Under the pieces are notes generated by a model. The model was not told the DNA's origin and made no database searches. It saw only the letters and a program-made list of their open reading frames with translations. This document shows positions 42,581 to 52,366 of a DNA stretch of 64,000 nucleotides, piece by piece. Numbering within the stretch: position 1 is the stretch's first letter; each line of letters begins with the position of its first letter. This DNA is from Escherichia coli (GTDB lineage: Bacteria; Pseudomonadota; Gammaproteobacteria; Enterobacterales; Enterobacteriaceae). The position numbers and the translations under genes were made by a program. Where the stretch lies: assembly GCF_030013595.1 (NCBI RefSeq), contig NZ_CP122768.1; one strand, given 5' to 3'.

Positions 42581-44662
42581 TTACCCCGGTATTTGTTGCA
42601 TCCCAGCCAGTTGAGCCGAAATATCCGAACCTGGTTTTTGAAGAACCTCAAGCTGAATAAGGGCTCTCCCGCCTGGATTGCTGGCAAGTACCTGCTGAGC
42701 ATTTCGTAATTTACCTTCAAGCATCGGCCTCTGCTCTCTCATAGCTGGTATCTGTGCCATGAGCTTAAGGAGATAGTCCACTGTTTCACTTTTGAGTCTC
42801 AGGGTATTATCTTTCCCTACAGCAACATTGCCTCCATTATACTGGGCCAGAACTTTTGCTATATCACCACCATAACGCTTCATGCTATCAGTAAGATATC
42901 TGGCAGCGGCATGCGTTGACTTAATTGGGTCAAAAACGTCATTTCCCTCTAATCCATAAGCTTTTGCTGTTTCTGGAATAAATTGAAATAAACCTTTCGC
43001 ACCAGCTTTGCTGATTGCATTTGGATTCCATCCTGATTCTTTTTCGGCAATTGCCGCCATCATATTCTCAGGTAATAATGATTCCCGGTTTATCTTTCTT
43101 ACGTAATCCTGCAACCCGTTTACTGTCGCCACTCCCGGAATGTCCATAGCGATTTCAGGCGTTCCCTGAACGGTATTTTTGCGCCCCAGATCGGTATCAA
43201 TACCTATCCAGCGAAGCGCATCACCAACATTTCTCTTGGTGTAGTCCCATGATGAATTTGCCGAAGCAATGATATTTTCGTGATCCTTATACGCATAAGC
43301 ACCATAAGCCATTGCCGCAGAGATCAACGGATGCCTCATCATCGCAGTTACAACTGCACTCGCAACCCCGGTGAATGCCCCACTTCCTCCGGCAATAACT
43401 GCGGCCCCAAAAAGCCAGGGATGCTCCGCCGCAAAACCTACAAATCCGCCTAGAGCCTTGGTAACCTTTGCAACGTTTCCGGCAAAGTTATTCAGGTCGT
43501 TATAAAAATCCGGGCCATTAACGTACTTACCAAGCTTATCCAGCCCCGTTTCAACATCAGTCAGAATTCTTTTAAAGTTCTCACCGTTCATGAAATTCAG
43601 GGCAGCATTCGTGACGCCATTAGAAATTCTGATTAAGGGGTATGCATTCCCGGCCAGCGCTCCCTGAAATCCGCTGGTAAGTCGGTCCCAGTTATTTTCT
43701 AAGTTACTGGTAAGATTCTGATACTGACTTGTATGTCCAGATGTGAGCAACGAGTCATTCTGAGAAGCCCGCAATAAAAACTCTTTGTTGAGTCCAGGTA
43801 TTTTGTCCTGATATTTGACTAACTGGTTAGTAAGACCAAAATTTACCCATCCAAGCCCCATTCCTCTGAAATTGCTCTGGGTAAGACCAGTTCCCTGATA
43901 TTCCTTTGCCAGCGCTGCAACCTTTTTCAGGAATACAGGCAGGTTTTCAGTCGCGTTTTTATCAGGATTTAGCCCCAGATTAAGCAGGCCGACGCGGGCA
44001 GGATGCGATATATCATTTTGTGCTGCTGCCAGTGTATTGAGCACATTGCCAACACCGGAAAAATAAGGCGAATAAGTGCTTTCTGCCGCCTTTAACTCTC
44101 CTGGCGTTGCCTGCAATTCATCAGCATTTTTCTGTTTCTCTACAACACTACGGGACATCATGCCAAAGCCGAACGGCCCGGCAACGCCCATAACCGCAAG
44201 TTTTGTCCCCCACGATACGGTGGTTTTAAACAGGTTGTTTAATCTCGAAGTGGTCGTCCGTAGCGTAGAATTGATCTGCTTGTAAGTTTTCAGCGTCTGT
44301 TTGGCGTTTTTACCCAGACTACTGAGATACTTATCAAACATCGTTTCGCCGCGACCTTTATAGTTGCTCACCAGCGAATCAGGTGTTTTTCCGCTACCGA
44401 CAAAGCGCCCTTTTTCATCCCTTAAACGTCCATCGGTGGGCGCAGGTGAAGATGGTTTCCTGGGAGCCTGATTGGCTTCTCCGCCTGTGGTTGTCTGCCG
44501 GGCGCCACCTCCCTGACCTGTATTTGAAGGCATTTTAAGCGGTGTCCCGGCAGGGCCAATCATCAGTCCGTTGCGATACTTTTCAAATATCGCCTCAAGC
44601 CGCTTGAGGTGTTCTTCATTAACGTCCAGCGTCAGAACTGGCATCTGGTTACCAGCCATCAC
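42581..44662 (-). CDS. tape measure protein with C-terminal lytic transglycosylase (SLT) domain
   Basis: 693 aa after the chaperone pair. SLT motif AIAEKESGWNPNAISKAGAKGLFQFIPETAKAYG...AQYNGG. Confidence 0.8.
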   Translation of the reverse strand: MMAGNQMPVLTLDVNEEHLKRLEAIFEKYRNGLMIGPAGTPLKMPSNTGQGGGARQTTTGGEANQAPRKPSSPAPTDGRLRDEKGRFVGSGKTPDSLVSNYKGRGETMFDKYLSSLGKNAKQTLKTYKQINSTLRTTTSRLNNLFKTTVSWGTKLAVMGVAGPFGFGMMSRSVVEKQKNADELQATPGELKAAESTYSPYFSGVGNVLNTLAAAQNDISHPARVGLLNLGLNPDKNATENLPVFLKKVAALAKEYQGTGLTQSNFRGMGLGWVNFGLTNQLVKYQDKIPGLNKEFLLRASQNDSLLTSGHTSQYQNLTSNLENNWDRLTSGFQGALAGNAYPLIRISNGVTNAALNFMNGENFKRILTDVETGLDKLGKYVNGPDFYNDLNNFAGNVAKVTKALGGFVGFAAEHPWLFGAAVIAGGSGAFTGVASAVVTAMMRHPLISAAMAYGAYAYKDHENIIASANSSWDYTKRNVGDALRWIGIDTDLGRKNTVQGTPEIAMDIPGVATVNGLQDYVRKINRESLLPENMMAAIAEKESGWNPNAISKAGAKGLFQFIPETAKAYGLEGNDVFDPIKSTHAAARYLTDSMKRYGGDIAKVLAQYNGGNVAVGKDNTLRLKSETVDYLLKLMAQIPAMREQRPMLEGKLRNAQQVLASNPGGRALIQLEVLQKPGSDISAQLAGMQQIPG

Positions 44663-44962
44663 AATACTCCTGCGGGATTTTTGAGTTTGAGCAGCTCACG
44701 AAACTGAGCTGCTGTTTTTACATTCAAACCGGAATCTGCACAGATGTCTCTGAATCCGGCTCCGGCTGAGTAGTCGAGGATGTCGCTGATGATGTGTTCA
44801 CCGTCGCGCCAGAACTGGCGGCAGACTTCAATGTCGGCAAGGAAGCAATCCAGTCCGTAAGATTCAAGGATGAGTATTGAGTGCTCCAGATTCCATTGAC
44901 CACATCCAGAGTCCCTTTCGCCTGCTCCGGCGAATTTATTGACGAGACGCATGTAAAAAAAA
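44659..44962 (-). CDS. -1 frame extension of the tail chaperone (gpT-like part of a G-T fusion)
   Basis: The -1 frame is open across the T8 run (44955-44962) and runs to a stop overlapping the tape-measure ATG (..YMRLVNKFAGAGERD...NPAGVL*). Confidence 0.6.
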
Positions 44963-45341
44963 CGAGTTCACCCGCAACATCATCCAGCTCAACGATTTCA
45001 CGCTCCAGCGCCATATCAAGAGGGATTGTGTCGTAACCTTTGCCCTCCACCGGATAAACAAGGTTTGCCAGGCGAATTATTTCGTTCACCAGCGTATTAC
45101 GAACTCCCTTATCATCGTCCCAGATACCGGAATCACGCGAGATCCGCTCCAGCATCAGAAAAGCAACGCGCGGCCCGGCAACGACGCCAAGACCTTCGGA
45201 GAAAATGGCAGAAAAAGTTTTACTCAGAATGAAGAAATGCTCTTTAAACACCTCTTTGCTGATCGGCGTGGCGTGAATCCAGGCTTTACCTTTCTCGGTC
45301 TGGACAGGAATAATCAGGTTTAAATTTCGCGCGATTTTCAT
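44724..45341 (-). CDS. tail assembly chaperone, zero frame (gpG-like)
   Basis: 205 aa from the ATG overlapping the tube stop (GTATGA). Contains the slippery run GTT TTT TTT ACA. The zero-frame tail after the run is Ser/Thr-rich and low in complexity. Confidence 0.65.
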   Translation of the reverse strand: MKIARNLNLIIPVQTEKGKAWIHATPISKEVFKEHFFILSKTFSAIFSEGLGVVAGPRVAFLMLERISRDSGIWDDDKGVRNTLVNEIIRLANLVYPVEGKGYDTIPLDMALEREIVELDDVAGELVFFTCVSSINSPEQAKGTLDVVNGIWSTQYSSLNLTDWIASLPTLKSAASSGATVNTSSATSSTTQPEPDSETSVQIPV

Positions 45342-45781
45342 ACCAAATCCCACATTTCAGAGTTGATGTAATACGTACCGGTAATGGTGATGGCCACACC
45401 CGGCTCGCCCCCGGCGAAGGTCATATCCTGCACGTTGGTGATCGCCGTGTTATAGATATCGAAGTCACCGAACACCGTGCTGTCGCTATACACTTTTGCG
45501 TCGCCGATCGTGGCGTTTTTTTCCCATTGCGCCTTGAATTGTTTTCCCAGCGCCTGGCTACGCAGCAGATGAACACGCGCCTGTAAAATCATGTATGGCT
45601 GCGGCGACTGCACGGCTCCCGTCATAGCGGGTAAAAACTCCGTGATATTGCCCTGAAAGGACAATTCGACGCCTTCTTTTGCCAGAAATGAGGCGGACAC
45701 ATTCAGTTCGGAATGAGAGGTGAATTTAACGCTGGCGCGAACCCGGTTAAGGGTGCCAACGGGGATCATTGGATTAGGCAC
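45338..45781 (-). CDS. tail tube protein
   Basis: 147 aa immediately after the sheath gene. Confidence 0.7.
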   Translation of the reverse strand: MPNPMIPVGTLNRVRASVKFTSHSELNVSASFLAKEGVELSFQGNITEFLPAMTGAVQSPQPYMILQARVHLLRSQALGKQFKAQWEKNATIGDAKVYSDSTVFGDFDIYNTAITNVQDMTFAGGEPGVAITITGTYYINSEMWDLV

Positions 45782-45792
45782 GGTTCAGTCCC

Positions 45793-47130
45793 TCACGAAA
45801 GCTGCATTGTCACATTGATGTTAAAAATGATTTCGACAAATCCGCGCATCGGCGTATAGGAGGCCGAAAGGCCCGCATAACGCCCGATACCGTAATCATT
45901 CGGATTAGTGTTGATATACTGGCGGAAAGGCACTGCATCGACGACAGGCTGACCGTTGACCAGGCCGTAAGATACGCCCGTATTGAACACCGCCTGTGCG
46001 ACCTGCTGTAGACGGTCGATCCCGTCCTGGTTGTAGTAAAGCGGGTTAATTGGGTTATTGCTGCCGTTGATCACCGTGTTGGCGAGCTGCATATCGACAT
46101 TAATCTGCACCCAGTCCACGGAATACCAGTACGTCATATCGTTACCGTCACTGGTAACGCCTTTCACCAGGATCGTGTTGGAGATTCCGCCCTCAGCCCC
46201 CGTTTCGACGTAGTTAATATTCTGCTTCGTCATCGTGGCCAGAATGGAATTTTTGCCCTTGTGGGCGTTTACCGCCTGCAGATAGCGAAATGCCATCGGC
46301 GGCACCTTGTTGATTTCTGAAGGTGATGCGGAAACATAGTTCCACATTACGGCTGCTGCCGCGTTTGTCGCCGGGTACGTATCATCCGCCGTTGCAATAA
46401 CCGACTTAATACCGGCATAAGGCGAAACGTAATTCGTGTCATCCGGCGTTTTCGTCAGCACGAAGAAATACTGCATCGCTTCGTTGGCGGTGTGGAGTTT
46501 TGCCAGACAGATAAACTCCGCATCACCATCCCACGTCTGCGGTACCAGATAAGCGTAAAAACGCTGGAGCGGATCTTCCATATAAGATTTCAGCGCAGCG
46601 ATTTCCTTACTGACTCCGCCTTTCTGTACTCCCAGCTCCAGCAGGTAAATCCCCACTGAATTTCCCTGGGCAAAAAACGTGTTTACTGCCGTCACCAGAT
46701 TTTCACTGCCAGCAATGGAAAACTGCCCCAGCGTCACTGGAGAACCGGAAAGCTGAGAACCAGTAATAGTCCAGGTCAGTGTTTTTTCATCCGTGACGGT
46801 AGCAGTATATTCGCCATTCCACGCGTCGGGCGAACACCCGGAAACAACAATTTTCACCTCAGAACTGTTTTCGCGTCGGATGTTGCTCCCTTCCGGAAGC
46901 GCCATCGTAACGGTGACGTTTGCCGCAGCTCTTCCTGCGGCAGCTGCCGACAAGGCAGCAATCGGATTTTTAACCAGTTCGTTAATGTCCTGATTACGGG
47001 TGAGTAATACGGGTTTTCCCGGTTCATGAGTCGTGGAACCAAACGAGAGAATCGCAGCCATCTGTTGCAGATTCGAGGGTATGGCCCCGATGGTCTGGGA
47101 CACATTCACCGTGACGATATTAAATCCCAT
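45793..47130 (-). CDS. contractile tail sheath protein
   Basis: 445 aa. The order sheath-tube-chaperone-tape measure is canonical for myovirus tails. Confidence 0.75.
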   Translation of the reverse strand: MGFNIVTVNVSQTIGAIPSNLQQMAAILSFGSTTHEPGKPVLLTRNQDINELVKNPIAALSAAAAGRAAANVTVTMALPEGSNIRRENSSEVKIVVSGCSPDAWNGEYTATVTDEKTLTWTITGSQLSGSPVTLGQFSIAGSENLVTAVNTFFAQGNSVGIYLLELGVQKGGVSKEIAALKSYMEDPLQRFYAYLVPQTWDGDAEFICLAKLHTANEAMQYFFVLTKTPDDTNYVSPYAGIKSVIATADDTYPATNAAAAVMWNYVSASPSEINKVPPMAFRYLQAVNAHKGKNSILATMTKQNINYVETGAEGGISNTILVKGVTSDGNDMTYWYSVDWVQINVDMQLANTVINGSNNPINPLYYNQDGIDRLQQVAQAVFNTGVSYGLVNGQPVVDAVPFRQYINTNPNDYGIGRYAGLSASYTPMRGFVEIIFNINVTMQLS

Positions 47131-48074
47131 TATTTAACCTCATATTTACAAATAACTTTTTCAATCAACTGCCGGGATATTTCCCGGGCGGTGCTCTGGT
47201 AGTAATTCACGTCAAAATCGACAATTTTTTTCTTCGCCAGAGCGTTGATTTCAACCTGTCCCGACTTTGCGTCCTGAACCACCGGAATATTGGTTACACC
47301 AAACTTTTCCTCCTCCAGCGCCCTGTTCACCACCGAGTCGATAAGATCCAGCGCCATTTTGTTGCTGAATCCGTAAAGCGTCAGGCGAACCGAATCCTGG
47401 ACGAGCTGGAATCGCTCACCACCGAAAACAACGGGAGCCACCTGCAAAGGAATACTGTTGCGAACATCCACCGCGATATACGGAGGGCGAAGGTTCTGCG
47501 GTACCAGGTAAGACGGATACACGGTCGCGGCATCTTTCATTTGCAGCCAGATCGGGATGCTGTTGGATATGATCTGCTCGTCGCTGATATCCTCCTCGCA
47601 GTCGATAATCTGGGAACGCATGGTTGGCAAAATCGCCATGCCGCGATAATGAAAAATACCCGACTGCTGATAGCGGCTCTCCATTCGAGAAAAAGCGAAC
47701 TGGACGCCGCCGTACTCACCGAGATAGATCGCGTCGGGATTTTCCACATTAAAATCATCAACCTGCTGAACAGGCGTGAAAATAATGTTGTTCACATCCT
47801 TCGAGACAGACTCGTCCTGAATCGCAATAACCTGACGATGCAGGCTGCCTTTGATTTTCAGACGAGTTGGTGACTCAATATTCAGGCGACACAGTTCATC
47901 GCAACTGATGATTTCCGCATTAACCCAATAGACAAAGCCATCCAGCGGCAGAACCTGCCGGACATAGAGCCTGAACGTGATTTCCTGGTCTGACGAGATA
48001 GTTTCCACTGCGGATTTAAGAACGGACGAGAGCTGCGAACTGTGCTGTTCAGCTAATTCCTCAAGACTCGGCAT
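47130..48074 (-). CDS. head-tail joining / tail completion protein
   Basis: 314 aa, coupled ORF between the head and tail modules. Confidence 0.5.
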   Translation of the reverse strand: MPSLEELAEQHSSQLSSVLKSAVETISSDQEITFRLYVRQVLPLDGFVYWVNAEIISCDELCRLNIESPTRLKIKGSLHRQVIAIQDESVSKDVNNIIFTPVQQVDDFNVENPDAIYLGEYGGVQFAFSRMESRYQQSGIFHYRGMAILPTMRSQIIDCEEDISDEQIISNSIPIWLQMKDAATVYPSYLVPQNLRPPYIAVDVRNSIPLQVAPVVFGGERFQLVQDSVRLTLYGFSNKMALDLIDSVVNRALEEEKFGVTNIPVVQDAKSGQVEINALAKKKIVDFDVNYYQSTAREISRQLIEKVICKYEVK

Positions 48075-48516
48075 TGTTATCTATCCACGCTATAAAGCTG
48101 CCCTTAAACAGGCCGCCATCTATGAATGACGGGCGCCGCTCCCCGGTATATTTGTCCTTAAGCCTTGAGTTAACACCCAGTAACGCAGCCTGGGTTGGGA
48201 CCTGATTTCCGTTGATCGTCATTCCGGCCATTTCTTCGGTTTCAAGAAATATATGGAAAATCTTCCCGGTCCCTTCCAGAAAATGCTCGCCAGGTAGCGG
48301 AGCCTTATACTTGAAGTGATTGACCAACTGGTACGCCAGTTCAGTACCTGCCTCCTGGATAATCTCGTCCTTATGCATTTCCCAGAAGTGCGTAAAAATT
48401 TCGTATCGTTCCTCGAGGTCACAGGCCACGTCAAACGTGGTTTTTCCCGGTTCGTCGCCGTAGTCATACGGCTGGTCGATAACCCCAAAACAAAATTTCA
48501 TGGCGTGTAACCCCAT
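48061..48516 (-). CDS. head-tail connector protein
   Basis: 151 aa. Operon position. Confidence 0.5.
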   Translation of the reverse strand: MGLHAMKFCFGVIDQPYDYGDEPGKTTFDVACDLEERYEIFTHFWEMHKDEIIQEAGTELAYQLVNHFKYKAPLPGEHFLEGTGKIFHIFLETEEMAGMTINGNQVPTQAALLGVNSRLKDKYTGERRPSFIDGGLFKGSFIAWIDNNAES

Positions 48517-48938
48517 ACCGTGCCCATCTGCATCAGCACCGCAACAACCTGTCGTCCATACGGATCCTGTAACATCTGCAAATCCAGCAAAGACAGATTA
48601 CTCAGCGCATCGCTGATGGTGATCGAACCCGATGTCCCCTGGTCTGCTGCCGCACTGACAAGCCCGGTAGCCAGTTTCCCAAGGTTGAGTTTTTTTCTCA
48701 GGTCGGCAAACCACGAGCCGGGAGCGAAATTCAGGAGAAATGAGGCGGCAGCGTTATAAACCGTTCGCACATAGATGATGGGTAAACGCTCCAGCCCCTG
48801 ATCATGAGGGATTAGCTCCATCGCAGACTGAAAGCAACATTCCAGCGTCGGCTCATCGTCAGCAATAGCATGAACCGGTACTTTCATGTCGTCACGAACA
48901 AAGCGAATAAATCCCTCCAGTGACGGACGCAAGGTCAT
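48498..48938 (-). CDS. head-tail connector protein
   Basis: 146 aa. Operon position. Confidence 0.5.
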   Translation of the reverse strand: MTLRPSLEGFIRFVRDDMKVPVHAIADDEPTLECCFQSAMELIPHDQGLERLPIIYVRTVYNAAASFLLNFAPGSWFADLRKKLNLGKLATGLVSAAADQGTSGSITISDALSNLSLLDLQMLQDPYGRQVVAVLMQMGTVWGYTP

Positions 48939-49408
48939 TATTTTTTAACCTTAATATTTCGCTTTGTGCTGGGCGGATTTTCCTGTTCAGTGTTAATCGC
49001 TTCCCCGGTGATTTCCATTTCAATGCCACCCGGTTGAGGTTTTTCGCCACTCTGAATCACTGCCTGATCCACTGCGTTATTCAGCGATACGGCGCTGGCT
49101 GCGAGAATTTCTTCTGACAGGGATTCCAGATTTTCCGTTTTCTGCTCCGCGCAATCCTCAATGCGACCGACGCTCACAGGTTTATCGATGGAATAGCAGA
49201 TACCGGAAAAATTCTTGTCCACCTTGTCACAACGCTGGAATCCGTAAGGCTCATGCTGTCGGATGATGTGGTCGATAATATCGGACTGATTTTCGATCAT
49301 ATGCTGACGTCCGGACGGAATTGTCACACCGAACGACTGCGTTTTTTCGGGGAGTTTGTAGTTGAACGTGTGCGGCTGACGTGAGCAGTTAGCGATGTAG
49401 AGCTTCAT
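48938..49408 (-). CDS. head completion / unknown structural protein
   Basis: 156 aa from MKLYIANCSRQ (ATG 13 nt after the terminator T-run). Confidence 0.5.
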   Translation of the reverse strand: MKLYIANCSRQPHTFNYKLPEKTQSFGVTIPSGRQHMIENQSDIIDHIIRQHEPYGFQRCDKVDKNFSGICYSIDKPVSVGRIEDCAEQKTENLESLSEEILAASAVSLNNAVDQAVIQSGEKPQPGGIEMEITGEAINTEQENPPSTKRNIKVKK

Positions 49409-49420
49409 AAATTTTTCCCA

Positions 49421-49446
49421 CAAAAAAGGGGAGCATTTAGCTCCCC
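49421..49446 (-). terminator. intrinsic terminator directly after the major capsid gene
   Basis: Minus strand: GGGGAGC-taaat-GCTCCCC followed by TTTTTTG, 20 nt after the capsid stop. Confidence 0.8.
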
Positions 49447-49465
49447 GCATTATCAGATTGAACGT

Positions 49466-50494
49466 TTATGCGTATTTGGCAGACAACAGGGTGATCCCCT
49501 CAGGGCGGAAGTTCCAGCCCGGCGTCGCGCGCATGGTATACAACGTGGTCAGGCCGCCATCCGGCATAGGGGACGGGATTTCCGTCGGCGCTGCCATATC
49601 ACAGAACATCACGTTGACGGCCTGCTGGTTAGGTACCAGCGTGGAGAAAATATTGGTGTTAATGGTGTGACGCGCTTCCGGAACCTCAATCGTCGGGTTC
49701 GTAACGATGATCAGGTCATTACCACCAGCGCCTTTACCGATCAGCGTGTCGTCCTGGCAGAAAATGATGTCGTCGCCTGTCGCCTTATCGGCGACATCTT
49801 TAACCATCGTTCCCACCGTTCCGGTACCACCACCAGGACGCTGATAACTGGTCAGCTCAACAATTCCTGTCCACTCCAGAGCCTTCATGAATCGCTGTGG
49901 GCTCAGAATAACAGTCGTTAATGGCTGCCCCAGCAGCAACATGCGGGTTTTCTGGTCAGCAATCAGGCCAAGCATAAATTTAGCCATCTCGCCGGAATCC
50001 CAGGTGGTGTACGAATCGTTACCTTTGCTGTCGTTGCCCAGATTCAGCGTCACTGCGTTCGGTGAGTTGGTGATCCCCTCGTTATTAGCTGCATTCACGC
50101 CATACAGCAGCATATTACGCAACATTTGAGCGTGTCCCTGACGGTTAGCCAGGCGCAGGCCTTCAATCAGAGAATAGCCCCAGCGATCTGCTGCATCAGT
50201 ATCGAGATAGCTGTATTGCGAGCGGGAAGAAATTCGGTAAGTCATCATTCCGTCATAGCCGCCAGAGATACTGGAAGACGGTAACTGACCCGGCAGAGAC
50301 TGGCTGACCTGCGCCTGCGAGGTCATGCGCAGATATTTCTGATAGACCATCAAATCACTGGAACTGATTTTTACCGCTGGAGCACCACCAGCCAGGACTT
50401 CAAACGCCCCGGAAGCCATGCTCTGTTGCACGATCATTTCCGGCAGCACCATTGACGGCGACACAATAGTAGTCGCAGGAGTAAATGCGCTCAT
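49466..50494 (-). CDS. major capsid protein
   Basis: 342 aa. Follows the protease/scaffold and a 205-aa gene and is followed by a strong terminator. Typical size for an HK97-fold coat protein. Confidence 0.7.
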   Translation of the reverse strand: MSAFTPATTIVSPSMVLPEMIVQQSMASGAFEVLAGGAPAVKISSSDLMVYQKYLRMTSQAQVSQSLPGQLPSSSISGGYDGMMTYRISSRSQYSYLDTDAADRWGYSLIEGLRLANRQGHAQMLRNMLLYGVNAANNEGITNSPNAVTLNLGNDSKGNDSYTTWDSGEMAKFMLGLIADQKTRMLLLGQPLTTVILSPQRFMKALEWTGIVELTSYQRPGGGTGTVGTMVKDVADKATGDDIIFCQDDTLIGKGAGGNDLIIVTNPTIEVPEARHTINTNIFSTLVPNQQAVNVMFCDMAAPTEIPSPMPDGGLTTLYTMRATPGWNFRPEGITLLSAKYA

Positions 50495-50508
50495 TAATTA
50501 ATATCCCC

Positions 50509-51126
50509 TTAAATTAAAAACAGGCCGCACGGTTTGCCGATTTCCCAGACAACGTTACCGCCATCCTCTTTTTTCACCGTCAGGTTTCCGTCAACTGAAA
50601 TCATCAGCAGCTTAATATCCACTTTCGGATTAGCGCCGGGTGATCCCGAATAAACATCAACCATGTTTTTCGTCAGATCCCACACAAAACCACTGGCAGC
50701 AACGGTGTTATTTCCATCAGCCAGCGCAACAACTTCTGCACTGACAGGGAGAGGAATGCGGGCACCTGAGCCAACGCGGTAATAGTGAACAAAGCCACCC
50801 GCGAGATATAACGGCACCGGATTATCCGGCGTGGTAATGCCATGAAATGCCTGATTAAAGACAGTAAAGGCGTTACAGGCGTCCTTCGTGGCTTGTTTAA
50901 TTACCGCGCCGTTAACGCTGTCTTTCGCGGGAGCAATGCACTCCATAACTCCAACGCCACCCCATACCGGTTCAGTGATTTTGCTGTCCAGTCGACCGGA
51001 GCAAAGTTGCAGACGAATTGCCGGATCATCCTGCGCATCCCCCTGCATCAGCCCACGGGATTCGACGTTAAAAAGGCCACCAAATGCTCCACGGTTTTTA
51101 AACGGATGAAAGTTAATATCAGCCAT
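50509..51126 (-). CDS. head structural/decoration-like protein
   Basis: 205 aa between the scaffold/protease and the capsid gene. Confidence 0.5.
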   Translation of the reverse strand: MADINFHPFKNRGAFGGLFNVESRGLMQGDAQDDPAIRLQLCSGRLDSKITEPVWGGVGVMECIAPAKDSVNGAVIKQATKDACNAFTVFNQAFHGITTPDNPVPLYLAGGFVHYYRVGSGARIPLPVSAEVVALADGNNTVAASGFVWDLTKNMVDVYSGSPGANPKVDIKLLMISVDGNLTVKKEDGGNVVWEIGKPCGLFLI

Positions 51127-52366
51127 TGTTCAGGCTCCCTTGAGTGTTAATTTTTGCCAGACGACGCCCCGGAATTTTGAAGGCACTCAGCCAGACGTTC
51201 GGATCGCCCTGATATTCAGTAATGCGACGCCCGGCTTCATCGTTGCGGATACGTTTATGCAGTTGCCCCTGCGTACTCATCATTTCTTTTTCGATGGACT
51301 GACGGGCGGCACTGAAAATTGCGTCCTCAAGCACAGCCAGCGTTGCAGAATCCGCAATCGCGCGAATATTGACGTCCTTGTGTGCTGGAGAGTGTTTCTG
51401 CATAGCGATTAGCGCACGCTTGCGGTAGTCCAGCGCATTTTCACCAGAAAACGGTGCTGGCGCGTTTTTACCGCAGGCACTGAATGCGGAGTCGGCTTTT
51501 GCCTGCGCTTCTGCCAGGGCAGAATCATTGCGTTCTTTTTCTGCCTCGTCAGCTTTGGCTTTTTCTTCCGCCTCCTTTGCTGCAGCTTCATCAGCTTTAC
51601 GCTGTTCCTCTGCGGCTTCATCGGCTTTGGCCTTTTCTTCGGCCTCTTTTTTCGCCTGCTCTTCGGCATCCGCCCGCGCTTTGTCCCGCTGTTCCAGTGA
51701 GTCCATGCGCGTGACTACTCCATCGATTTTCTGATTAATGCCGCTCAGGGCATCGTTCACCACCCCCTGTAACAGGGCCTGGAGTTCTTCTTTTTCCATC
51801 TCGATTTCACCTGTGTTTGTCACTTCAACCCCTGCGGGGATCCGGTCTTTATCCCACACGCCCAGCGAGCCGTGGGCTTTCGTCACCAGGGCGATGTGAT
51901 CAACCAGGAAAGGAACGCCTTCGATTAAAAAATTGGTGTCACCTTCCTGTACTTCCACATTTCCTGATGTGCTGTTGAACACCACCGACGGGCTTGTCGA
52001 AACATCCCCCTCAGTGATTTCTTCAACAATGCTCTGGAGGTAAACGCGGCACACCGCCCATACCTCATCACCCCGGATATACGGCAGCATGACGCTACCG
52101 ACGATCCGCGATTTAAAGTCCTCCTCCGTCAGAACTGCGTCGTCAGGATGGTTTGCGATAACCGGAAGGCCATTGCATCGCCTTAAAAACTCCTCGTTCA
52201 GATAGAGCTTTGGATCACGCCAGACGTGCTCTTTCAGCCCGGCGCGATAGGCAAGCCCGGTTCCGGTTATGCGCAAATTCACCAGCCACATGTTGGAGAA
52301 TTTCACCGGAGACGGTACGGTTCCGTCCCTGATGCGTTCTGCCACTTCAAGCTCGGTTAAACTCAC
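51119..52366 (-). CDS. prohead protease/scaffold fusion (DUF2213-like)
   Basis: 415 aa. A globular N-terminal part, then a Lys/Ala/Glu-rich coiled coil (EEKAKADEA repeats). Position after the head-morphogenesis gene. Confidence 0.6.
   Translation of the reverse strand: MSLTELEVAERIRDGTVPSPVKFSNMWLVNLRITGTGLAYRAGLKEHVWRDPKLYLNEEFLRRCNGLPVIANHPDDAVLTEEDFKSRIVGSVMLPYIRGDEVWAVCRVYLQSIVEEITEGDVSTSPSVVFNSTSGNVEVQEGDTNFLIEGVPFLVDHIALVTKAHGSLGVWDKDRIPAGVEVTNTGEIEMEKEELQALLQGVVNDALSGINQKIDGVVTRMDSLEQRDKARADAEEQAKKEAEEKAKADEAAEEQRKADEAAAKEAEEKAKADEAEKERNDSALAEAQAKADSAFSACGKNAPAPFSGENALDYRKRALIAMQKHSPAHKDVNIRAIADSATLAVLEDAIFSAARQSIEKEMMSTQGQLHKRIRNDEAGRRITEYQGDPNVWLSAFKIPGRRLAKINTQGSLNNG

Noticed and set aside
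51480-51720. Repetitive DNA with several overlapping ORFs on both strands
   Set aside because: It is explained by the Lys/Ala/Glu-rich coiled-coil (EEKAKADEA repeats) of the scaffold/protease protein. The other frames (51409-51669, 51484-51734) are shadows.
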